DNA of 52,110 nucleotides from Girardia tigrina (Eukaryota): NCBI GenBank assembly GCA_001938485.1, contig MQRK01218639.1, positions 15,218 to 67,327 of the forward strand, read 5' to 3'. Shown piece by piece: positions 37,201 to 48,183 of this stretch (position 1 is its first letter; each line of letters starts with the position of its first letter). The notes under the pieces were generated by a model. It saw only the letters and a program-made list of their open reading frames with translations, ran no database searches and was not told where the DNA came from. The position numbers and the translations under genes were made by a program.

Positions 37201-37679
37201 ATCATTCAATCGTCTTATAATGGATCAATCAATTCTTTCAGTAAAACTTCAAATTATTGTAAACAAGAGTTCTTGAGACAATTTAAAATTTATTTATTGA
37301 AAAGAACTCAATTAAAAATCATGCAAATTTTCGTTATATTTCAAAACAAATTCTGTCTCTAGTAATCAAAAAAATTTTTAAATGATACATTAAAACAAGT
37401 GTTATTAATTGGAAAAGTTTTTCTAATTTTCATTTGATATTTTGAGAAATTGTTTTTTTCATTTCGATTTTTACAAACAAACATTAAAATTTTTCACAAA
37501 ATAACTGAATTTTTCAAACCCAGAGAAAATTTTTACATATAAATTTTTAAAATTACAATTCAAATTGTTCAATCTCGATCGATTTGAAACCATATATATA
37601 TATATACATATAGTAATGATAATTTAATTTAATTAAAAAAACAAAATATAATAATTTAAATGTTCGAATCCCGAACACC

Positions 37680-37955
37680 ATATTCATTTAATTTGTTTTT
37701 AGTTTCTTCATTTATTTTAGCTAGATAATTATTTAATTTAGTTTGAATATCTGCTTGAGCTTTATTTAATTTGCTTTAAATGTCTTCATTTATTTTATCA
37801 AACTCTTTTTGGATTGCACCTTTAAAAGTGTCAATGCATTTTTTATTTTCAATTTCATCTTTCATTATATCAAGGTATTATTTATTTACAACTTCATTCT
37901 TTTCAATTGGTGAATAAACATTAGTAATTCTATTTCCTTTCATATCAAAATTACC
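37680..37955 (-). pseudogene. Fibre-like repeat fragment
   Basis: FDMKGNRITNVYSPIEKNEVVNK*YLD followed by coiled coil, like the DMxxxRIxNVxxP....DAVNKxYVD repeats of viral fibres. Confidence 0.5.
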
Positions 37956-37959
37956 TTTT

Positions 37960-39112
37960 GTTTGATTGTAAAATGAGGCTCGGTATCGAGGGACGAATGA
38001 GTAAAAAATTGGAATCAAAAACGACAATTAGAAATGAAAGAGTCAAATATAAAGATATTGAAAACAAACTCATATCGCTAGAGTATGCGACACACCGAAA
38101 TTGATGGCAAAATACAACGAGGCCAAAGAAGAATTGAAGCATTATGTAATACAATTTGAAGATATCAATGAAGAATATTCTGCTAGTAACAGAGACTCTT
38201 CAGACCTACAAACTCCAAGTGAAAAATCACATTTATCTAAGGAAGATAACGTAACGATATCGACATCTGATAACTTTCATATTCTCGTATAAAAAGCAGA
38301 AGATCAAGAAGATCAGTTGAAGGATCATGAAGATCTTAAAGTAATTAGCGCTCGAACTATACATTCGGATATCTCAGAAATTCCATTTGAGGAAGATCTT
38401 TCTGATGAAGAAATTGAAGAAGTTTTCGAAAAGAACCTGCAGAAATAACTGAAAAGAGTAGAACGAATTCAGATCAAGATTTTTATAGTGAAGATTTTTC
38501 TGAAGCAACAAGTCAAAAAAATATCTAAATCTCTTAACCAAAGTCAATCTGTGATCAATGACTTATCAAATAACGAGGAAGTAATTTCCTATAAATCATC
38601 AGAATNCTCACAATCACCAGAATCGCATAAATCATCAGAAAGCATTCCACCAGCAATTCCAATTGAGGCGGAAATATGCGCAAAATAAAGAACAAATAAA
38701 ACCCCAAACAATTGAAAATAAAGTTGATGTGGAGCAAACAATCGGACCAATCTGTGATAAGTTACTTACAGGTCTCATCGATGAGATTTTGAAAGAGGAC
38801 GAAATCACTGCGAAAACTTCAACTCTTTTGCCAGAAAACAAATTAGTGGAATAGGATATTAACATCGAGGAAGAGCAAAACGAGGAATACCCATTTATAA
38901 AATTAATCGATCGATTGGATGACTCACAACGGGCATCAATTGGAAATTTGATTACTTGGAACGATGAAATCGTGCTGCCATTGGTGGATTTAGCAGTCGA
39001 ACAATTGTTTACCGCGCGACAAACAAGAATCGGTTCAACTCGCGACGCATTTTCTTTCTGTCTCGAGAAAATTCCGGCCTCGTTTCTCGAGGTCAATTTC
39101 GACGAAATTTAA
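37960..39112 (+). pseudogene. Decayed acidic, Ser/Glu-rich host-gene-like fragment (unidentified)
   Basis: Consecutive Glu/Ser-rich ORF pieces broken by stops and frameshifts; no motif securely recognised. Confidence 0.3.
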
Positions 39113-39456
39113 TTGTTTTGTCAGAACATTCGATCCTTCAGTGACAAAAAAATCCGAATGAAATTCCAGCCAGCTAAAAATAGGCAACCCACGATTGGCC
39201 GATCTAAAAATAGATTGGCCAATCTGGGAATGACGTTAATTTTTTTGTGAAAAATGATTTTTTTTTGATTTTTTTTAACAATGTTTGATTTTTGTTTTAA
39301 TGTGCTATTATTCGAATTAAATAAATTTCGGCGCGAAAAAAAGGTTTGAATTGTTGCCATTATTGTATTATTTGAAAATAAATAAATTTTGGCGGAAAAT
39401 TGATTTTTTTAATCTTATTGTTTTATGAAAAGCGGCCATTTTCTTTTTAAAAAAAT

Positions 39457-39867
39457 ATGAATGGAATAAAACTTCTATTTCTTGGTCCGTGCAAGGCTGA
39501 TGAAACGTATTTGGTGAATTTTCTTTCCGAAGCCGTGGAACGGTCGATTGAATTTGAATATCGTACTACAAAAGGTGTTAGAATANNNNNNNNNNNNNNN
39601 NNNNNGTCGATCAATTCCAAGCAAATGGGAATTGATATTGAATTTTGGGACGTTAGTGGGGATTCGAAATGCGAGAGCTGTTGGCCGGTGATAGCCAAGG
39701 GAACACATGGAGTCGTATTTGTGTATAATCAGGATCGGTCTGATCATGACAGCGGTCTGAAGAAATGGTATTTGCATTTCGTCAGGAGACTGAATCTAAA
39801 AGATCCCCAGTCCTGCGTGATCGCACATAAAAAACCAAACACCGCTGATCGTGATATTGTTCAACTG
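39457..39867 (+). pseudogene. IFT22: IFT22/RABL5 copy, intronless, C-terminally truncated, P-loop degenerate
   Basis: KLLFLGPCKADETYLVNFLSE..EYRTTKGVRI..EFWDVSGDSKCESCWPVI..THGVVFVYN..WYLHFV..LKDPQSCVIAHKKP vs human KILFVGPCESGKTVLANFLTE...ELWDCGGDAKFESCWPAL. Confidence 0.9.
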
Positions 39868-39930
39868 ATTAAAATCAACAAATGGACCGCCGTTTCATCG
39901 TGGTATTGGAACACAAAAGACGACGTATGC
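39868..39930 (+). pseudogene. APC11/RBX1-family N-terminal fragment fused in frame to IFT22
   Basis: IKINKWTAVSSWYWNTKDDVC vs APC11 VKIKCWNGVATWLWVANDENC. Confidence 0.65.
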
Positions 39931-40429
39931 ACTGTTCGTCCATTTAATTTCGAAACGGCGAGTGATATGTTGGAGATGGAATTCGAAGACATCAATTGCA
40001 AGTCGCCATCGTCCGGAAAACCGATACAAGAGTTCGGAAGTCTCTGTGATTCGATCGACTTAAATCCTGAAATGTCTGGCGTAAACCAATTAACTAGAAA
40101 TGCCAGGATAATGATGCCAACTAAAAACGCGATGCATTCCGGGACCTTTTGGACGAAGTCGGTAATCGGAAGATTTGGAACCAGTGAGATTATTAATTTA
40201 AACCACCCACGTCCCGCAACCCACCCACCATCGCCAACACATCGCAACCACAAAGCTGCGCTCGCTCTCGCATCGCCACCTTTCATCTTATCTCCTCTTT
40301 CATTTTTATATCTTGAATCAGTATTATCTAAGCTGATTCCCATTACTGCAGATCCAAAACGATCAGTTGAAATATAACTCATTTTTATACTTAAAAAATA
40401 TGTTAAAAGAGGATTGATACTGATGAGGA

Positions 40430-41106
40430 AAGAATATATCATTAGATCTATCCAACTATTAGAAGTGAATATTTACCATCAGATGTACAAGCATCAGCTA
40501 CACCATTAACGTTTGAAAATAATAAAGTTAATATCCTTGAACTGAATGTAGACGATTAAGTAAACGATAAAGTTTTAAAACTTTGAACTGAATAAGATAA
40601 ATACATTTCTATTAGAAAAAAATAAATTAGAAGAAAGATTACAACATTATAAGAAAATAAAAAAGAGATGGACTAGTGCAGATTCAACTATTAAAATTAG
40701 TTGTGTTTGTGTAACAGGTGTTTTAACGATTCCGACATGTATTTTCGGTGGATTAACTCCTGTTATTTTCGGATCGACATTTGGAATTGTAACTGGTATT
40801 TTCGGTGGATTGAATGCTGTACAATTATTTCTAAGTGAAGGTGTTTCAGTCGGTTCAACAAGTAAAAAGAAAACGATTTATCGAGAAGTTTGTGAACAGT
40901 TAGAGTTAGGTATAAATAAGCTGCATCTATTTCAACACAAAACCTTAGAAGATAAGATCTTGACAACTGATGAAATTTTAGAATCTCAAAAAATCATTGA
41001 TGAAATAAATGAAAAGATAAATACACTTAAAGTTAGTAAAGATTTAAAAGATGTAAAGAAAGAAGAAAAGAAGAAACTGTTGAAGTTAGAATCCAAAAAT
41101 TGTTAA
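40430..41106 (+). pseudogene. Two-TM Polinton membrane protein homologue, frameshifted
   Basis: HYKKIKKRW..hydrophobic hairpin..KLHLFQHKTLEDKILTTDE, homologous to 21960-22481. Confidence 0.6.
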
Positions 41107-41183
41107 TGTATGAGTCTTCCTCATTAATGACGTCATCATTATCTAGTTCCTTCATTAAGTGTAGCATTTCTTCATTGGTATAA

Positions 41184-43450
41184 TTAAACTCTTTTTTTTA
41201 TTTTCTCAAATAACATAGAGCTTATATCTTCATTATTATATGGGAACATATTACCATTCTCATCTGGATGTTGTCTTTTCAAAAGATTTAGATTCACCGA
41301 AAACCTTTTTTTCGCAACTTCCTCCTCACCGTTAGGAATTCTAATTCCATTTTCTAAACTGCGTTTCCACGGTCTTTTAACTTCCGTGGAAAGGCTTTCC
41401 TGGTTGTATAACTTAAGATAATCTGTTAGTTTAACATTTATCTTTGTATAACCTTTAAATGTTTTCTTTTCAGTCAGTCTGCCAAATTTATCAACGACAA
41501 TACAATATTTAACTTTTGGTGATATGAATAAACCAAATATAATACCACCTACACCATAATCATTTTTACCTTGAGATAGTTGATTGCCTATATAACCTTT
41601 TGCATCAAGTTTAGCAAACAGTTGATTTGAAAGATAGATAGAATCTGTATCCGCGTGATGAATATGTGGTTCTTTAAATCCATTAATTTCTAAGATAAAA
41701 TTATTCATTATTCGTCGAGAATGTGCTAAGATAAAATACCCTAAATGAGATGGCATAAAAGTTGTAGAATTTCCTTTTATATTTGATTTTAAAAACTCGT
41801 CCTTCCCATTTCAACTTTTACTGAAAATTGCTCATTATTGATTTTCTCAAAATTTTTAACTTTATCATCGAAATTCTTTCTTAATGTATTTTCATTCCAT
41901 AAGTGATATTTATCCATTATACACTTTTGCACTGTTTTGCCATATAAGGAATTCATTAATAACGTAATTAAATCACTTCCAACTTCATTTCCTTCGCTTT
42001 GAAATTTTAATCGAAGATTAAACAATCTATCGATATAATGTCTAAAAGGAGAAACTTTAAAATTTTCTTCATATATGATTCCATCAACGATTTTTAAGAT
42101 CTTTCCACCACATCTTACTATTTCTTGAATATCGACAGAATTGGCAACATCAAAACATATTCCATTTCGAAACCTTATTAATTCTTGATTTACGTTTTGT
42201 TCAGTATTTCTAACTTTATCTTCTAACATCTAACTTAAAATACCCCGGGATGTTTTCACTGGGGCTTTCGTTATTTAAAACCAGCTTTGAGTGGAAAATA
42301 AGTATCAAAACCTGAAGAATTATGAACAATTAAAGTTATATTAATCTAATTCAACGCTCCTAAATATTTAAAAAATTGATGAATACAATCTTCACCCGTA
42401 AAAAATAAGACGCATTTTGTTAATTTATTAATTTCTTCATCTGATAAAACATTATACTCTTTTATTTCTTTTTGAAGTTGCATAATTGCTTCTTCGTTGA
42501 ATATAGGATCGCTTTGTAATGCTTTTAATTTTATACAATCCTTGAACATTCTTTGATTTAATTCATTTAATTTCTGTTTATGGAATGTACCAATACATTT
42601 ATTAAAATTAACTACACCTAGAGCATAAGGGATTGGATGATTACTCGGATTTGTTGGATCCTTAAAGGTTTCTAAATCCCAAATAAACGTGGACTTATAA
42701 TCAGTGTCTTGTTGTTTCTAGGTTTTATATGGAAGAGTTTGTAGATTTTCATTTTCAACCATTTTATAAATAGGTTTAAAATTATCTTTAATTTCTTGAA
42801 TACCTAAACTTTTATGATTTTTATGAATTAAACAATAATGTCCTATAGAAGAATTCTCATGATGATAAACATAAAACACAAAATCATAAGGAGTCTTAAT
42901 CTTTTTAGGATATAAATGTCGATCTTTAGCATAATAATATTGTATAGTGTCCTTCAAAGCACAATTAAATAAGTCTCTCATGAGTTTATTTCTGATAATC
43001 ATTAAAGTTTTTTAAATGATTAGAACATTTTAGAAAACAATAATCTTCTGATTGAATATAAAAATAGGTTCCTTTATATTCTTCAATCTTATAACACCTG
43101 CACCTCTCTGAGATCGTTGAACTAAACGCATTCCAAAATCTTCAAATTTGACACTTCTAGGCCGTCCATAATTCAGTTTCTTCTGATTTAGATGATATTG
43201 TATTATATCACTGTCTAAAACTATTAATATTATAAAATAAAAGAGAAAAGTCGTCAGTCTCATCACAATTTGGTTTGAGAACAGTACCATAAAGATCAAT
43301 GATTTTACCTGATATTAATAATTTTTCCATTTCATTACAAAAATCTGGTAAAATAATATCACAATACTCATTTGGATTAAATAAAATACTTAACTTACCA
43401 TCCAAATTAACATCCTCCTTCAATGACGATGCCTTTACACATTTTCGCAT
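41184..43450 (-). pseudogene. Protein-primed family B DNA polymerase (pPolB), fragmented with internal deletions
   Basis: FIWDLET (ExoI), VHNSSGFDTY (ExoII), LLMNSLYGKTVQ, GYFILAHSRRIM, HADTDSIY, FISPKVKY. Confidence 0.9.
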
Positions 43451-44439
43451 TGTCCTTTTTTTTAAATAAGATAATTTATGTAATCAATTATTCAAATTTC
43501 AAAATCAAGCCTAAATTAGCAATAATTCATTTCTCTTTCTCTGTTAACTTCTTTTTTACTTATTAACCACCAGAGATCAAAAAGCTAAAAATACATTAAA
43601 GGAATGTAAAGGAGCTGGTAAATCATCTTTGGGAATAAAAGCTAAATATCTAGATTCCCTTTCTTGCAAAAGATAGTCAACATACTGTTTAAAATATTAA
43701 GTTTTCAATTCACATTTCGGACTTCTAGGATTGGTAGGATGTCGAAAATCTTTGGAAACATGAACTCTTTTTATTTTATATTCCGTCATTTGAAATATTA
43801 TTTTTATATTTATAAATTTTTAAACAGGATTTATGAAAAAACATCATCTTCTATAGATGTTATTTTCGCATAACACATACCCTCATTCCCAACGTGAATT
43901 TAGGAAATAGTAATAATGTCTTTCATCGTTTTTAATAGACTATTTTTCAAAATAACACATAGTCAACACATCTTTAAACAAAAATTACAGATCCACCGAT
44001 CTAAAGTATACAAATATATGGCAAAACATCTAGATAACAAGAAGAATAATAGTTTCCAAGTTCTAAATATATTGTTTTTGTTTTACAATTGAAAACAATG
44101 TAATTCCTTTTCGTAACTTATACTATATATCATGAGTTTTTCTTATTTCACAAAATCTTTTATGTTTTCCACATACCAGCATTCCCAAATTTGTGATAAC
44201 AAAGTTTAGAGGCAGTTATTTATAGAAAATTCAGCTTTATAAAACTGAATTTTATGAAGTTGAAAGAGCGACCGATTTTGATGTTTTTACCTAGGAAAAA
44301 GGTGAAATTGTGGAACATTTTGAGGAGGAAAAAAGGTACAAATCGAAAATCGAAATGCAGGATTTTTCACTTTATATACTACTCACCGAGCTTGGATGAA
44401 GTCACTAAATTTAGAATGAATCAATCAACATCCTTGGAT

Positions 44440-44714
44440 TAGATGATCAAAACTTTTATCCCTAACTTGTGTGTAAAACCGGATTGAAAGATCATAGGGA
44501 TTTGCTACTGCTAGATGATGGAGAAAAGAGCCACTCCATCTGGATTAAGAACTTTGAGCGCCTATTAGAATCACAAGTATCAAAATATCATGTAAGGATG
44601 GAGATTTACAAAAGCTGTTTTACACATTTTAATGGTACTGAAGCTGCAATCAATTTGAAGAGGCACAAGGCCTGTTGTTGTGAAAGCGGGCTTGGCTTGG
44701 CAATCGCGCATTGA
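44440..44714 (+). pseudogene. pPolB N-terminal fragment of another Polinton lineage
   Basis: HRDLLLLDDGEKSHSIWIKNFERLLESQVSKY...CFTHF...LKRHKACC. Confidence 0.7.
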
Positions 44715-44995
44715 CAAAGGTGCTAATATAAAATATTAATAATATAATAATGTATCTTTTTTGTGAAACACTTACTGGATACTGTGCTTAATTTATTCTC
44801 TTTTAGTGAGGACCTCGACACAGAAAAAAGAAACTTGATAAAAAGCGTATAAATTAAATTTTAATGTAAATATACATATATTCTTTATATGTGAAATCAT
44901 TACTTATTCAAATTTATTTCCTCTATTACGTATAAAAATTTATTCTTATTTTCAAATACACGAAATAATTTACGCAAACAAATTTTTCCACAAAA

Positions 44996-45349
44996 ATGGT
45001 GAGAATATTAAATATTTGAAATATTTACAATTTATTTAACGAAAATTATAAAAATATTTTTATTATAATTTTAGAAAGTTTTTATTGTTTTTATGATATT
45101 TTATTCTTTTCTTCTTGACGAACAACAATTAATTACAGCTTCAAAAAAATGTAAGCAGAAATTGTTTCAGTAAATTATAATTACTCAAATAAAAATTATT
45201 TAATTATAGGTGTTCAAAAAGGGTTTACAGCGAAGACAGAAAAAAGAGGAGCGATTTACGTTTTTTGTAATGAGTGCTGCTCTTTAAAGTGTGGTCCTGA
45301 CACAGGTGAAACGGATCACAAAGGACTTCCAATGATACAATGTGCTTAA
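44996..45349 (+). CDS. Three-exon secreted Cys-rich (knottin-like) peptide, paralogue 4, 72 aa
   Basis: Exons 44996-44998, 45075-45150, 45210-45349; introns GTGAGA..TAG (76 bp) and GTAAGC..TAG (59 bp). Product MKVFIVFMIFYSFLLDEQQLITASKKCVQKGFTAKTEKRGAIYVFCNECCSLKCGPDTGETDHKGLPMIQCA; AATAAA ~45396. Confidence 0.85.
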
Positions 45350-48183
45350 TTCTAATCAAAGTTATGAAATTGTGAAAAATAATATCCTTATTTAAATAAA
45401 AATACAATATAGTAATTTTTATTTTTATTTATATTTTTATTATAAATGTATTATTATCATTATAGATTTAATAATTCAAAATAAAAATATAAAAATTAAC
45501 AAAACATCATCAGTTTTTAATAGTTAACATTTTAAGCATTTGTAGTTAACACATCTCTTATGTAAAGGTTTTTTCGAAACAACGTAATAGTGATGAATAT
45601 TTGAAATATTGATGTTTTGTGTATTGATTGCATGTTTAAATGTTGTTTGTTGATTTTGTATTGTGTCTCTCCTAATCAGATGGATGATTAATATTTTAAT
45701 TCTTATAATCTGAAACTAATTTATTCATATTTAGATTTAATATTCAAATTTTTAATTTAATATTATTGTAAAGCTTAATTAAGTTTATTTTTGTAAATTT
45801 TTAAATAATTAAATCAAATTAATGTTTTAAAATGATTATAAAAAGTAATTTTATTTTGACCAATAAAATTCAAATTAAATATTTTAAATAAAATAATTCT
45901 TTTCAAGTTAGTTCAGATTTCGGATGTGAATTATTAAATATCGATAGATGAATTTAAGCGAAGACATTATTACAGATTGTTAAAGACATTAAATACATTA
46001 TTAAAGATTAAGATAAACATTATCCGAAATGTGATTGCAATAAATTTTGTGACAAATATGTGAGTCCTTGTGCGTCAAACCTTCGGTGTCTTAGTGAGAA
46101 TATGTATAGACGATTTTCTAATTGTGATTTGAAAATTAGCCGAGCGCAGTCTCGAGACTTCCATTGAAATAATCTTTGGACAGAGGTCGAAAGAAAAAAG
46201 GGTTCCGGAGACGATGGGTGTCTGACGATCTCCGAGACACTTAGAAAAATGAAATTGACTAATCTAAGTCAAACAAGTCGCGAAACAAACAACAACGAAA
46301 TTTCGTTTTTGTCACGCACTGCGGTTTTCTGAGCCACGCATTCCTTGCGTTCTTGTTCTGCGTGGCCACACGTGTTTGCTTATTTGGATTTAAACCACGC
46401 GTACTTCGCTTATACAAAAAACCTTGTTTAAAATTAAGCCACGCATCTTTCTCACGAATTGGTCTTCATTTTGTTTGATTAAAGCCACACGATTTTACTT
46501 TGTCACGGATTTTACGGATAGTATAAAAACTCAATAAAAACAGCTCAAGACGTATTAAGCTATATCTTCTTACAGGTAAAACGTCATTTCTTTTTCTCAA
46601 AACGTATTAAGCTATATCTTCTTACAGATCTCGAATTTATTCGACGAAATTTCCTAACTCCGATTATTTGAGATAAAGCCTCGGATCCGATACCAGTTTG
46701 ACCGTGTGGAGATTTTCAACAAACATTTCGGATAGAGCTTCTTTTGGTGAAAGGTTAAACTTAAATTTTTCTCAAGATAATTTCTTTTAAAATTAATATA
46801 TTTTTAAAATCAATAAATTTTCGTAATTATATTAAATTAATAATTTTTATCTATAAAATTCAAACTCTTGGTAACTGGAGAACGGTGTTTCCCAGTTCCA
46901 TAATATTCCTACAATACACACAGGGATCTTGTTATATTTTTCTTTTCAATAAATTGTAATTTGTAAAAATTTTTATAAACATTTTAATAAATATTTTTTA
47001 AAAGAAGTCTCATGTTGTTTATTCATTATTGATTGATTTATAAATTCTAATTTATATAAATTGATTGTCAGGAGAATTATTTACTTCTCCTTTTGTTACG
47101 ACGTTTGGGAAATATAGAATTGACCCTTGTACGTAACAAATTCAATTGAAAATTTCAGTTCAAAACTTATTTTAAAAAATCAACTTCGCATATTGTCGAT
47201 CGAAAAAAGTTAAACATAAAAGAAAATATCCTTCGCATTATAACTTTTACACACACAAAAATCAATTAATCAAACTGAAAAAAAATATTTATATTCAAAA
47301 CTCGATTCCCTTTTTTGCCAATGAAAGAAGGCCATGACATAAGAGATTTTATTAAACAAAACACTACGAAGTGGTATTTTAAATTAAAAATCAAATTTTA
47401 ATTTATTTATTCAATTTATTAAACAATAATTCATATTTATTGTTTTTTATATACAACTCGAATATTCACCTCTGACACAAATCTTTCTTTTAGATTTTTT
47501 AAATATTTTATTGTGTTTTTGTTCATGTTTTGTCAGATTGGTTTTATAAGATCAAAAGTCTTACTTGGACTTTATAAATCACTTAAAACATATGTGATAC
47601 CGACTGCCAAACCGAGTGGCGGCAACCAACACCTCTTAATTGTGTGAGAAATTGTCGGTTCGTTCGTTCGATTAGCTCCATCCTTTGAAGCGACGACAAC
47701 ATGGGTCGACTCTCCTGTCGACTGCTGCGTGAGGCTCGCAATCCCCAATAACGGGAACGAGTGTTATACTACCCCCACATATTATGTAATCTGTGTAGAT
47801 TACATAAGTTCGTTTCGAATTAGGGGAATAACTGGCGGAATGGATGAATAAAATTGTTAATTAATAAAAAATGAAATAATTAATTATTAATTGATTGAAA
47901 TTCAATCAAATCAAATTTAATCATTTATTTGTTAAATAATTTATTTAATAATTCATTTATTCTTTACTTTATTTACTTTTTATTCATTTATGTAATAATT
48001 GATTTATTGATTCACTAATTTATTTATTCATTGATTGAATAAATAAATTAATTATTTAATGAATGAATGAACTAATTTAAGAATGAATAAATGTTACATG
48101 TTAAATTTATTTCTTAAATGAAATATTTAACATGAAAAAATATAGATAATTATTTGTTTAAATAATATCTATTTTAAAAGTAT

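Noticed and set aside
37960-39112. Resemblance to a centrosomal coiled-coil protein such as CEP350
   Set aside because: Similarity is too weak to name by eye.
2329-44714. One single intact giant Polinton spanning the window
   Set aside because: Redundant, divergent ATPases, pentons and polymerases in both orientations, no TIR pair and many disruptions indicate several independent remnants.
47593-47807. Possible solo LTR (TGTG...CACA) and adjacent 11-bp-stem hairpin
   Set aside because: No matching 4-6-bp TSD and no second copy in the window.
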